Assembly: GCA_001949185.1 (NCBI GenBank)
Contig: BDGG01000005.1
Coordinates: forward strand, 930,001-994,000
Source: Ramazzottius varieornatus
Lineage: Eukaryota > Animalia > Tardigrada
Length of the DNA stretch: 64,000 nucleotides
Direction: 5' to 3'
The translations under genes were made by a program, and so were the position numbers. The notes below the pieces were generated by a model that did no database searches, was not told where the DNA came from, and saw nothing but the letters and a program-made list of their open reading frames with translations. Of the stretch, positions 53,103-64,000 are shown in pieces. How positions within the stretch are numbered: position 1 is the first letter of the stretch; each line of letters opens with the position of its first letter.

Positions 53103-54011
53103 CTCTTCGTGCAACTGGAAATGTCCATAATTCCGAACTTTAGAATTCGGATTTCGGATTCGCAATTGTAATTACATTGCTCGTCAAATGCCTTGAACGC
53201 ACAATTATCACCTGCAGCACCACGTGTTTTATGTCAAAATTGAACCATGGGGTGCGAAAAGATCACAGAGTTTCTGACTGGTTTAAAAACGAGCGCCACC
53301 GCCCCCTGACCAATAGCAACGTCCCCATTCCAACCGGAGCATGACACCATGTGTAGTAATCATTTAATCCACCACTTCATCAGGGAAACACAGGACTGAA
53401 GGGCAAACAACCTCCCCAAGTTTACTAATACGACGTGAAGCTACTCTTCTCACACTCAGAACAAGTTACTGTTTCAATGGACTTGTGGTGCAATTCACAG
53501 ACAGGGATATCGAATGTACTGGAGAAACAGCCTTACACCGCATGAAATTTCGAGTTCACTGTACGATGTGTTGTTGCGATCCGAAACTTATGTACCATAA
53601 ATGCCTTTGTTATCGTTTTCTGATTACAAAATTACAAGTATTCGTCGAAGCCAGCGTGGCTGAATCGACTGCGTTACGGCAAGTAGAGCTGGCCTCTAGA
53701 AAAAAGTTTGTTTAATTTTCCCAATACTACGGTTGGGATGTGCGAAAAGCGGCAAGATAATGCCATGTTATGTGTTGATTTATTTGGTAGTTTTGCCGCT
53801 TCGGTGACGTAAAAATAACTTTTAGTAATGAACGGCATGCCAGATTGCTGCATAATCGATACCGTGCATAAGGCCTTGACAGCTACAGCAAGAACCATGA
53901 GAATGGAAAATCGCATCATTACTATACGCTCAAACCAAACTAACTTAAGCTGAACGGATGATTAATAACCCTGACATACAAACTGGGGAAAACCAAAGCG
54001 GTACATGATTA

Positions 54012-55990
54012 TTACTGATTATTGGAGGTGAAGATTTCGATCAATGAGACTGGTTGTCCAACCCACTGCAAGCAAATCATAAAAGTTGGTGAAAGAACGG
54101 TTAAATTGCCGTCAGATACGTTGACAGATCGCAGTGTATCTTACCGAGACAGGGGCCAGCGGCAAGTCGGGTTTTGCCGATAACGGAAGGTTTGCGAAAG
54201 CAACGTAGGGTTCCGTCTTGTTTACTCCGCCGAGTGCGAACACCGCCAAGAGTCCGTCCGTATTCCGATCGTCACTGTTCCCTAACTGGTCTTGCACCAG
54301 CTGAATTGCTAAGATCTTCCGCATGCGTGTCGGGTGTAAGCGCAGGAACCCGGAAGTCTCTTGGTACGCTGTGGTAAAGTTGGAATCCATCAAGGCAATT
54401 TCCGTCCCATTACCTAACACAAAAGTTTTTATATCATCCAGTGTCCGAGGTCCAACAAGTGCTCGCTTACTGTTGACCACGTAATGGTAGATTTGACCGT
54501 CGCCAATCGAGTGCTGGGACGTTGATGCGCGACCTCGAGAACCCAGAAGAACCCTTCTCGAGTGACCGTCCAGTTCCACTTCTTGACATCCAACCACAGC
54601 GCGCGATGAAAGTGAGGGATCGGTACTACACCGAATATGGACCATCTTGTTCGAGACCTAGCGGAGCATTCAACAAAATCCATCCATGCATTCGGAGTTC
54701 TGAATTGTCTACTGATGGTAGGGCTTACGTTGGCTAGGATGTTGAGGATGAACATATCGCTGGTGGCAGACAGCGCGCTGAAGGTAGACAGCACGGAAAC
54801 CCTCATGGCATCGATTACAGTCAGGTTGAAGTACTCCGCTATGGGTTCCGGCTCGACCTGCACTCTGACTACGGGCTGTGCCGTGTCATTCCAGTCCACG
54901 ATGTACTCGAGCACACATGGACCGGAGAACAGAAGGTACGTCTGGTACAGCTGGTAAGGCCCGGTGAGGAACGCGGAGGATTCCGGAGCTTTTTGCGAAA
55001 AGTGGGAAAGCTCGCAAAAGTTGTTGAAGGGACCGATGGGGGCGTTGACGGTGGAGAGAGGCAGATCCGGGCCGGGAGGCACCCAAATGTTCACCTGCCG
55101 AAGAAACCGTTCACTATCGCACTTTGCCATGAAGGTTATCTGTGAGACCGGCGAAAAGTCTCGGAATGATCGGTGTCTCAGGTGGCGCAAATTTCCGGTC
55201 AATAACACTGAAAGCTTGCGCCACTCGGACAAACTTGATAGGACCGTTTTTCCCAAGTGGCGCACGTTTCAGTGTTATTGGACGGAACTATGTGCCACTT
55301 GCGATAACGATCATTTGGAGATTGTTTGTCGACCTTCAAAATACTGGCTAGGGACCTCACCGTGACAGGAACGGATGCGTGAAGTCCAAAACTATCGGTT
55401 GCTACTGCCGAGAACGAGATTGTCTGCGAAGAGGAATATGTCTTCGTGGTAGTGACCTCTCCAGTGGAGGAGATGTTGAACTCTGTGGTGTCCAGTTCGA
55501 CTTCGAAAGGGTTCCCGTCAAAATCTTTTGCCTGTGCACGAAGAAGAAAGCTGAATATGGTCTGACAATAGAGTTAATTCGAGAATATTAGCGCTGGAGC
55601 TTACACGGATGTATCCAAGGCTGTGACCAATCGTTGGTCTTTCAGCCGTGAACTTGTAAGGCGCCTTCATGAAAATTGGCGGACGATCTGAAAAGATAAT
55701 AGGAGATTACATTCGCGCACTCTGATTTTCGTCAGGAGGTGCTCTTTTCGAAAGCGAGGATCACCTTATGAAGTATGACAATATTTTCACTTCGGACATC
55801 GAAGTACCGGCTCACCGTTCTCCTAACTCGTCAGTACAATTAACCAGCATTGAAGACTGCACAAGGAAATATCAGCCCACAGGCCGTCATACCATATTTG
55901 TAAAACTGTGAAGTTTTACTTTGGTATTTACTCCTGTCCCGGACCTCGGACGTCCTCGCGGCGAATACCACCACTGACAATGCCAGCAGC
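54012..55990 (-). CDS. Putative secreted protein with one cadherin repeat and a hemopexin-like propeller (5' end unresolved)
   Basis: Exons encode DRPPIFMKAPYKFTAE..GYIR|AKDFDG..FNISSTGEVTT..FSAVATDSFGLHASVPVT|ITF (cadherin pattern), then TYLLFSG..EPIAEYF, GPRTLDD and GQPVSLIEIF. Confidence 0.55.
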
Positions 55991-56213
55991 GGTGCGTGCA
56001 CGTGGAAACGGATGGTTAGTGACTCTGCTCCTAAGTTGTGTCCAAAGTTCGCCCAGCTCTGAGCTTTGCTTCATCAACTCTGGTTCGGATTTATCTTAGC
56101 GTTCGAGCGTAGTTACTTTTGGCCAAAATCTTCACCATGCGTTTCCGGGTTCTTCTGCTTGCCTTGTCGGTGGTGGTGACGTCAGAGGTCCACGTAGGAT
56201 GCACTTGGTCTGA

Positions 56214-56489
56214 GGCTGCGTTTCGTAAGTCAAAAACCCTAGTTAACAACCAGCGTTTTCACACGTGACTGGTCACGTCACGGACGGGGTAGGTGCTGGG
56301 TTAACGGTTAACTAGCATAAAAAGGCTAGTTAACGATTAACCCGGTTTAATCAAGCACGCTTAAATCACAGTGAAATTTGATTGTCCAAGCTCGTCTTTT
56401 TCAAGCATCTTTCTAATGTTCGTTCTTGGCCGTTACGTCATGAGTCACGTGTCGGGTTGTTAACTACGGTTGACTTACGAAACGCAGCC
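56214..56489. mobile_element. PIF/Harbinger (Tourist)-like MITE
   Basis: 20-bp perfect TIR GGCTGCGTTTCGTAAGTCAA with longer imperfect pairing inside, flanked by TGA and TAA. Confidence 0.75.
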
Positions 56490-56588
56490 TAATAGGTAGA
56501 GGAAAACGTCCCGGCCACTTCAAGCATGATGCTTGTGAATATTTTCGAATCGTTGTTACAGTCGATAGTTTTAATTTATCTGACTTAC

Positions 56589-56946
56589 TGCACGTTGAAC
56601 GGACTTCGACATAGCCGTGCCGACATCGACAGCGCCCATTACTCTCGGCCTTTGATCGTCCGAAGACAAACTCTTTCTTCTGGAAGCATATGGAACCGGG
56701 CACGTCACAAGGCTTTCCCACATCGGTGCAAAGGTCTCCGAGGGTGCTTCCTGGGGCGTTTGTCCATGAAGTATTCTCCGCGTCTATCGCGATTGGGTAT
56801 GCCACATTCTTCTCCGCACTCCCGCCTTTGGCGGACTTGGTGCCAGATGTCCCCGATGCGGTCCTGTGGCCATGCCCATTCAGACAGGGAAGTGGAACTA
56901 TGGAAAACGATACGGTTATTAGCCATAAAGTCAGGAACTCCATCAT
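56589..56946 (-). CDS. First exon of a secreted Cys-rich (EB-module-like) protein
   Basis: Signal peptide, then LGDLC..C..C..CRCRHGYV..C ending at a GTAAG donor. Downstream exons are uncertain. Confidence 0.55.
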
Positions 56947-57439
56947 GAAATTAGTATAGCTTAGGCGAGCGAGAAACCAAGAACCCGAACAAGTCGAAAT
57001 GATTTTTGAGGTAAGGCATCAACACTGGTACTGACCGGCAGGTCGTAATCGAGTGATGCGAGAAACCTTTCAATGATGGGAAATCTTGTTGACAAGTCCT
57101 GAAGGCCGCCACTCAATCTGTGTAGTACACGAGCACTCGTCGGAATCAAAAGGCCTTGTGGACTGGAAAGCCTGCTGAATAGCATAAACGGAATCTACCG
57201 TCACTGACAGCAGAGCCAGACCCCTGCAGTCAGATTATTTTACACAGGTATCACTGATGACGGAGTGTCAAACCACTCGAACCGCAGCCGCAACTTGGCA
57301 TTGAACGGATCTTCTGCACTCAAGATCATTTGTCCGCAAGGACACTGGCGAACTTTGCCGATATCGAATCGAAGGTCTTTTACTCCATAGACAATAAATG
57401 TGCGTGAGAACTTTTTAATTGCAGCAAGCGCGCGCCGTA

Positions 57440-58930
57440 CAGTACTCTCGTCTCCCAATGGCAGACGATTTTTTCTGGGCGACAAGGTAAAAAGGGCGTC
57501 TAGGAGACGAGATTTTTTGGACTTCGCGAGACGGAAAAACCACAGCCCTTGCTGGGAGACGAGATTTTGGAATGACTTCCGTGGCCACATATTTTGGGAG
57601 ACGAGATTTAGGGCGCCCGGCTCGCGCTTGAATTGCAGTATTCAGTGGAAAAGTTTGAGAACCAGCCTAGCAGTAAGATCATCACTGGTGAGGTATCTCA
57701 ACGTTACTTTTACTTTTTAAATAAAAAAATTGTTCATATTATGTGGAAAAAAAGGAGACTAACTGAACAACCACGTTCTCTGCCAGACTTGCACTTTCTC
57801 AGAAAAACCACGACTTACTCTTCCTCATCCGCCAGACGCCAGTGCACATCGTCTCCGGACATTTCTTGATCACTACCATCCACCGAACGTACCATATGAC
57901 CCGGTTCATCTTTCCGCCGCAGAGCCATCCGGCGGCCGAACATTCCGAGCTTTTCTTTTTAGAAGGGGATGGAAATGTTTATGAAGAGCACTATTCAACG
58001 ATTCAGTGAAATCTTCGATGTCGCACGGAGGAGATGTCGTTCCGAGCAAGTGTCACTCCGCTGTGAACACTGCCAACGCAAGACAGTCACGCCAGCTGAG
58101 CTGGTGCTTCTCGAAGAACACCCCACTAGGCTGCCATTCGCTGACCATCCTCCTCTTCGAAGTAGCGGAACAGTGCCTGATGAAGACTAGCGCGATAAGG
58201 CTTTCCCTCGGCACTTCGTCCAACAGTGATTTCAACCATTCAAGCTGCGCAGGTATAAACCGCCAAAACCAGCGTCCTTTATCGAGAGCGCGATGAAGTC
58301 TTATGTGGCGTTCTTTCTGGCCACTGTTAGCTGAAGACTCGGGGATCCCGACGGGAATATAATACTCCCATCCTTCGTTATCGCGAAGGCAGAATGCACG
58401 GTTTCTGAATGCGCTAATTTCTGAATTCGCTAATACAGCGATGCTGCGTGTACCCTCCACCGCTACCTTCGGGGAGCCTATGGCTCATCTGGAATAAGCA
58501 TGCATTCGTGACAGACGCGGCCAACGCGCTCCTTTCTCGAACTGAAAGACATATTTTTCGAGGTCGAAGTTGGTTGAAATAAGACTGATCAAAATGACCG
58601 TCTTGAAGTGCCAGTGCTCGACTAGGTATGAACTAAGCTTGCGGGCGTCCACAAAGTCGTCTACCCATGTGCGAATATAGGTCACGAGCTTTCTACGATC
58701 TCACCCCCCAATCTCTCCACGTGTACTTGAGAACCAAGCGAGGAACCTTGGAGCAGAAGTACCCGCTTCCGCGAAGGAACGCTTCAAGTAGTTTTTTAAT
58801 TTGTACGCGAATCGATCCCTTTGAATACAACGGCATCAAAGTCACTGAGCAGACATCGGTTCCCGATTTCAAAGAGACTTCAAAAAGCCATTCCACGCTT
58901 CACAAACTCTGTAACACGGTTGCCTAAAAT
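57440..58930 (-). mobile_element. Degenerate DNA-transposon-like region with GGAGACGAGATTT subterminal repeats
   Basis: Three GGAGACGAGATTT copies at 57502-57610 lie next to fragmented, frameshifted minus-strand ORFs. Confidence 0.4.
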
Positions 58931-58944
58931 TAATAGATGGGCCA

Positions 58945-59383
58945 GCGGCTAATGATGATCATTACACGCAGACGGTCCGTATAATGTAAAGTGTGATTGT
59001 AAAAGTGTAATTATATTTTACACTAGTTTACATTTTACAGACCGAGCGGTTCGTAACGCCTAAGAGTGACAAGGAGCGACGAAAACGACGATCCAGCTAT
59101 GTCTATGTTTTCATAGAATATAGATCTTAGTAATTGTCTTCCAGACAAAGATAAAAATACGGTTGCAAAATGACCATACTCGGGAAGTTTCTGACATTTT
59201 TCCGCGTAAGTCAGCCGAATTTTAGAATTTTGGCGGTAAAATACTCAAAAATACCGTAGATTCTGGCAGGTAAAAGTTGTAATTACATTTTACATTTACA
59301 TTACAACCTCCCCGTGGTCGTAATGTCGTGTAAGAGTGTAATTGTGATGTGTTATGTAAAATGTAATGCTTATCATTACCAGC
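58945..59383. mobile_element. MITE-like element with TGTAA/TTACA subterminal arrays
   Basis: Imperfect TIR gcggctaatgatgatcattac / gtaatgcttatcattaccagc with many tgtaa/ttaca repeats. Confidence 0.5.
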
Positions 59384-59835
59384 GACGAAGTAGATCAGTG
59401 AGGCGGGTCTAACTTAGGAAGTATGGAGCGGGAATAAAGAGAAAATCATCTTCAATCCACCAATCAACTTGGTCCAAGTCGGAGATTCTGTTCGCTGATT
59501 GGTCGTGTACGGATATTTTTCAATTAATGCTCCGGTCCATATGATGTCATCTGGCCGCGCCTTACTGATGCACTCTGCCCAGTGTTATTTTACTATGCAA
59601 TTAAGATTATTAAAAGTCACGTGCTAATGTTAAGTCCACGTGATCAGCTGACTGTAAGTGAAATCAAATTATCGCTGACGAATTCCAACTATTTAAATTG
59701 AAATTCGATTTTGTATTATGGATCAATCAATCAAGCAAACACCAACCCACACAATCAAAACGATTTTCATTATCAAAATCGACTTGCTATTACAATGATT
59801 AAAATAACACTGACTCTGCTCTGCCGCTGACCCAG

Positions 59836-60041
59836 TTTATCAGGCCGAGCGAAGCGAGGCCTTCTTAAGACTGTCGAGATTTCAATGGACGATCAGATTG
59901 TTCGAGATTTCATATATTGCAACCTCTGTACTGAAAACAAGTGCGCAGCTTGATTCGAGTAGCAACAGTTTTTACTCGTGAAACTTGTGCTTCTTTGCTT
60001 CTGCTCGGCCTTCCAAGTGTTCGGAACCACTAGCTAGTATT
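59836..60041 (+). mobile_element. Non-autonomous Helentron (HINE/DINE-1-like)
   Basis: 5' TTTATCAGGCCGAGCGAAGCGAGGCC, 3' subTIR GCTCGGCCT, stem-loop AGTG..CACT, terminal CTAGT and T-rich flanks. Confidence 0.65.
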
Positions 60042-60524
60042 TACTTTAAAGTGCCAGTGAGGTGAGACAGGTTTGGGTCCTTGTCAGCGCAAAACAACCC
60101 CCGGTCGCGGTCTTTTCTGACTGAGGCTGGCAGCCGGAAACAGATGATCGCTCATTTACAGTGCTTTTTTATCGGCCGGGTGTGAGCGAGAGCACGTGAT
60201 TTCTATCCAGCTGAGATAACAAAATTTCTTGCGCTTCGTCTTTGTTGCTCTGGAAATCTTGATACAATCGTTGTGATGGCTCGAAATCATCACTAGGATG
60301 CCAAGTAGCGTAGGATGCTCCAGTTATTAAGGAGTTAATGCGGGATATCCTACTCTCAGTGAGGGCGATACTGTTGACGATGATGATAACGTTCTCGACG
60401 TAATTTTCTATAAAAACTCCTCCTTTCTTCAGTCTGATGATAGCGAGATTGATGATAGAAATGGTTATGATAATTCTGGCGAGTCTGATGAGGAGATGAA
60501 CGACGAGTAAATTTTGAATTTATA

Positions 60525-60998
60525 AGTCCTCCTCACGACAGGCCGTAAAACTCTGTTGATAGCGTTGATCTTGAAAGTGGGTTACGAAATTTCGCTTTCA
60601 AGATAAGTAGCCCTCGAGCAGCTTATCCTGAAAACGAAAACGGATTATTCTCTGCACACTTGACTTAAAATTTTAAATTTTCACTTCTCAGCGGATCTCT
60701 GTCTGCACGGTGCTTCACGTTGCGAGATACCGTTTCGCGTATGGGCTTCTCGATACCTATTAGTGTCAGGGATATTGGAAGACAGAGACTAGCCAGAGAA
60801 AACTATGAATTTCAACTTTGTCAGGGGGCAGAGTTTGTCTACAAACCTACCCCGCAAAATTCGCGCATTTCCGATCCTGTTTCGGAGACTTGCGAAAAAT
60901 CCAATCTTGCCTCACTCACGACTAATTTCCGTTGATCATGCAAACTCAAATTTTAGACCAACCGTTTGCGACAAAAACAGCTCATCGTGAGGAGGACT
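60525..60998. mobile_element. 474-bp element bounded by a 14-bp perfect TIR AGTCCTCCTCACGA
   Basis: The TIRs lie at 60525-60538 and 60985-60998. Confidence 0.6.
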
Positions 60999-62765
60999 AC
61001 AGAGTATGTTTATGGTACGCTCGAATTAAAACCAGGGATGGTCGGGCTTTGCTGTCGTGGCTTTATAGAACGGGCTGTATGATGGTGAATAAAAGCGAAT
61101 TATAGCTGAGCCTACTATGTCTGACCTTTGCCAGGCGGCAGTTTTACACTCACCGGGAACCAAACCTCTCCCACATCATTGGCACTCTAAAGTAAAGTGT
61201 TTAACTCCTTCCATTTCAGTACAATCCTCTGCTTAACTGCTACTGCTTCCCACTCAGCGCGAAGTCCATATCCCCCCTCGAGTAGAACGTGACATTAAGC
61301 CGAGAACGATCATCCATCTGGAGGTGGCATTCTTTGGCTATATAGGAAGGCAAGAAGAATTCCTCAACCGTGCAGCTATTCGGGTCCAAGTCAGCCGGCA
61401 CACTGATCATACTCTCAAAAGAAGGGAACACTCTCCACAGAAACATTTCGTTGCTGGTTCTTTCGAGTCGTGCGCATGTTCTGCTGGGTCCTTCATAATG
61501 AATGACATATCCATCGCCAACCTACGAAAGCAAGATATGAGGTGCCGAAGGAGATGAATACTAATGGAGAAGTGACTGAATTGGTCCCAAGACGTAAAGC
61601 CGTGGCTTTGCTGTGTGCACTGCCCATTTGTGCGCTGCTGTGAGCTTCGTATTCAGTCGATCAGCCTGCTTTTTTTTCTTTGCCTGGGCAAAATCTTCCT
61701 CTGTCAGATGAAGATGTATAGCCAGTGCCCAGCTGTAGCGAACGACTCCAGCAAATCGAAGTTTCGGCGGTGGTAGATTGGGCCTCCGCGGCTTTATGAA
61801 TTTATATGATTTTTGTCGTTTCGTGGATTACTTTCAAAAGAAAGGCAAACGTCGAGAGTTACCTCCAGTCTCGTATGCCATTGTCAGCTTCGGTGGGAAT
61901 TTTTTCTATACTCAACAGAAAAAATCAAAGCGGCCGAAAATTACTCCTCGTACAGGCCTGTAATGAAGACCGCACGTGCGAAATTATTTTTCCAGGTTTG
62001 TTCGGAACCAGGACGTCTAGCTTGTGCTAGGCTTTTTGTTTCTTCACCTTTTCAAAACTTTTTGAAACGAAAATCAGTGAAATAGAATACTGTAATTCAG
62101 GCCATGTGTGCAGGCCTAGTAAACAATGCACGAACATCAGCACTAAGAAAGGATACTGTATCCCGAAATCCGCCCTCCAAAGCCGACGATAAACGATTCT
62201 ACTTTCCCTCCCTTTCTACCGGTACTTGACCAATTTTCTACTGATTCGAATTCGAGGCGAATTTTTCCCTAGAATTATAGTTTTGTAGGGTATACTACCA
62301 GTTTTATTGACCGAAAAATTTCAGACGAAACAGAACGGAAAACGATCATACAGCTCTCGTACATACAGTGGTAAACATGGTGTTGCAAAACTTCATTCGC
62401 CGCAAGTTGCAAAGTTGCTGCATGGTCAGTCTTGGTCATTGTCAGGTTCATTTGCGGTTTTATCGCGACCGCCATTGAAAGGCACGAGGGATCGGACATT
62501 CTCCGATTGAGCTTACCATCTTCGGATGTCTGACGTCGTCCTCTCATTATGACTTCCGTCGGAAGACAGATTGCTTTTATGCTTCGCGCTGGGACAAACA
62601 CTCGGGTTTCAAACCTCACTTTCGAAAACCCCAAGAGAATAGTACACAGATTTTGTGGCAGAGTGGAGTCAGTGGATAACAGACATTCTACGGAAGTCAG
62701 AATTAGGACAAGGAAAAGAGTTCGTTGAGATCTACATACGATGGAGCGGAATCGCGGTTCGAACC

Positions 62766-63500
62766 TCAGAAGATGTCGTCGTCACCACCTCCGCCAGCTT
62801 CGTCAAAGCCACCTTCATCGTCGTCAAAACCGACAGCTTCAGTGTAGTCGTCAGCAGAATCGTTGTCGGCTACTTGTTCCTCGTCTTCGTCTTCCGTATC
62901 TTTAGTTTCGGTAGGATCAGCATCCATTTCATCGTCCTCGTTCTTCTTGGCGGCCACTCCAACTTCTTCGTCCTCTGTGTCAAGATCCGCGTTCTTCTCT
63001 TCCGCTAGCGCATCCAGAACCTTTGGCGCTTTGGCCCGGCTCGATGCTTTGTGCTTTCCATCGGGAGCACTGAAGTCCGGCCGTACTAGAACACCACCTG
63101 TAATGAAAGCTACCACGTGAATGTCTTCCTTCTTACGATTACATACAAATAGCCTCACTTGGTCTATAGTTCTGAAGAAGGTCTGTTCTTGTTTCGTCGA
63201 TCAGCTTCTTGTACTTCATCATGCCATTCAAGACCGCACGTTTTTTATCGCTAATGTAAGGCTCTGGAATGTTCAGAGGCTGAAAAGACGGGAGATTATT
63301 ATACCTAAGATAGACAGTATCAGCCAAACTCTCTTTAAGCAACGCAATGTCGATCAACCCTTGGGACGGGGCTAGATCCACTTACGGGATACAGACTAGT
63401 CGAAATTTCTTCGGCGTCTTTTCCGTGACTGCTGACGGATGTTATTCCAGGATGTCTCGTTGCTGATCCGGTTGGTGTAGTCGGACATGGTGCCATAGAA
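62766..63500 (-). pseudogene. 3' part of a spliced, possibly transposase-derived gene with an acidic tail
   Basis: In-frame GT-AG join of ..ISDKKRAVLNGMMKY..NYRP to SGVLVRPDF..(D/E-rich). The upstream frame contains stops. Confidence 0.3.
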
Positions 63501-64000
63501 AAGCGTTGTTCACACGTCGTGCGGTCAGAGTTTCTTACGCCAAATGAGCATGCAGGATCCACCCGTAGGTATAAGAGATTCCGCAGTCCTCATAAACAAG
63601 AACTTGCTGTTCCCACTTCTAGACCTTAGGCTGAGAGGTCTCAGATCCAGTTCGGAAGTTCTGCGGTCCGCACAGTGTGACTTCCGGTTGAAGCCTTGAA
63701 GCTCAAATGAAAACAAATCAAACCTCTTCCCTCAATCAACCCAGTTGAGTGTCATGTTGTTATTGATATTACGTAAGATGTTTTACACTGGACATACTAA
63801 GATAAAAACTTGGTTAAGTTGGCTGTTGGTTTTCTCCACTTTTGCTTCTTCTGGATCTCGTCATTCTCGTACCCGAATCTCTCTCGCTGTTCTCTGTCTG
63901 CAGTCAGCTTCTAGGTGGATCCGCAACGCTGAATCGTGGACGGTTGGAGGATACAGCCGCGCCCTAGCTCTGGAGCCACCGACGGACAGGATGACCGAAG

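Noticed and set aside
56102-56215. Apparent exon following the EB-module exon
   Set aside because: Its acceptor lies inside the Harbinger MITE TIR and is probably fortuitous.
58472-58485. 14-mer GGGAGCCTATGGCT shared with the inverted-repeat arms
   Set aside because: Too short, and the flanks are unrelated.
60277-60510. Acidic stretch resembling a piggyBac transposase N-terminus
   Set aside because: It has multiple stops, no DDD core and no TTAA-CCC terminus that I could find.

Overview
This is a gene-dense (~47% GC) eukaryotic window with many short (55-100 nt) spliceosomal introns. The compact architecture and gene content suggest a small-genome invertebrate, possibly a tardigrade (inference only). 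Reconstructed genes in order: AOAH, a secreted C2/MNNL-like protein, SLU7, a MATH-only protein, a small acylated basic protein, an MS4A/CD20-like protein, a non-NPA aquaporin, TELO2, a chromo-like protein, an intronless divergent GPCR, a FASTKD/RAP protein, a 26/29-kDa cathepsin, a solitary 5S rRNA gene, a PPxY protein, a divergent Na/K-ATPase-like P2C pump, UGP2, MIA40, cyclin H, RNASEH2B, DNAJC25, a pseudo-NDPK, HINT2, a cadherin+hemopexin-like protein and an EB-module protein. The last ~7 kb is mostly transposon debris. Most notable observations: (1) a ~55-bp palindromic element (CCAAGTGGCGCAC..TGTTAYTGG..GTGCGCCACTTGG) in at least 10 copies, 9 of them in introns; (2) a P2C ATPase with a rewired ion-binding site (PEG->PGG, D804->N); (3) a 353-bp-arm inverted duplication of a hAT transposase fragment; (4) an aquaporin with NPV/NPF boxes and the ar/R His replaced by Ser. 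All gene models are manual and no searches were run.
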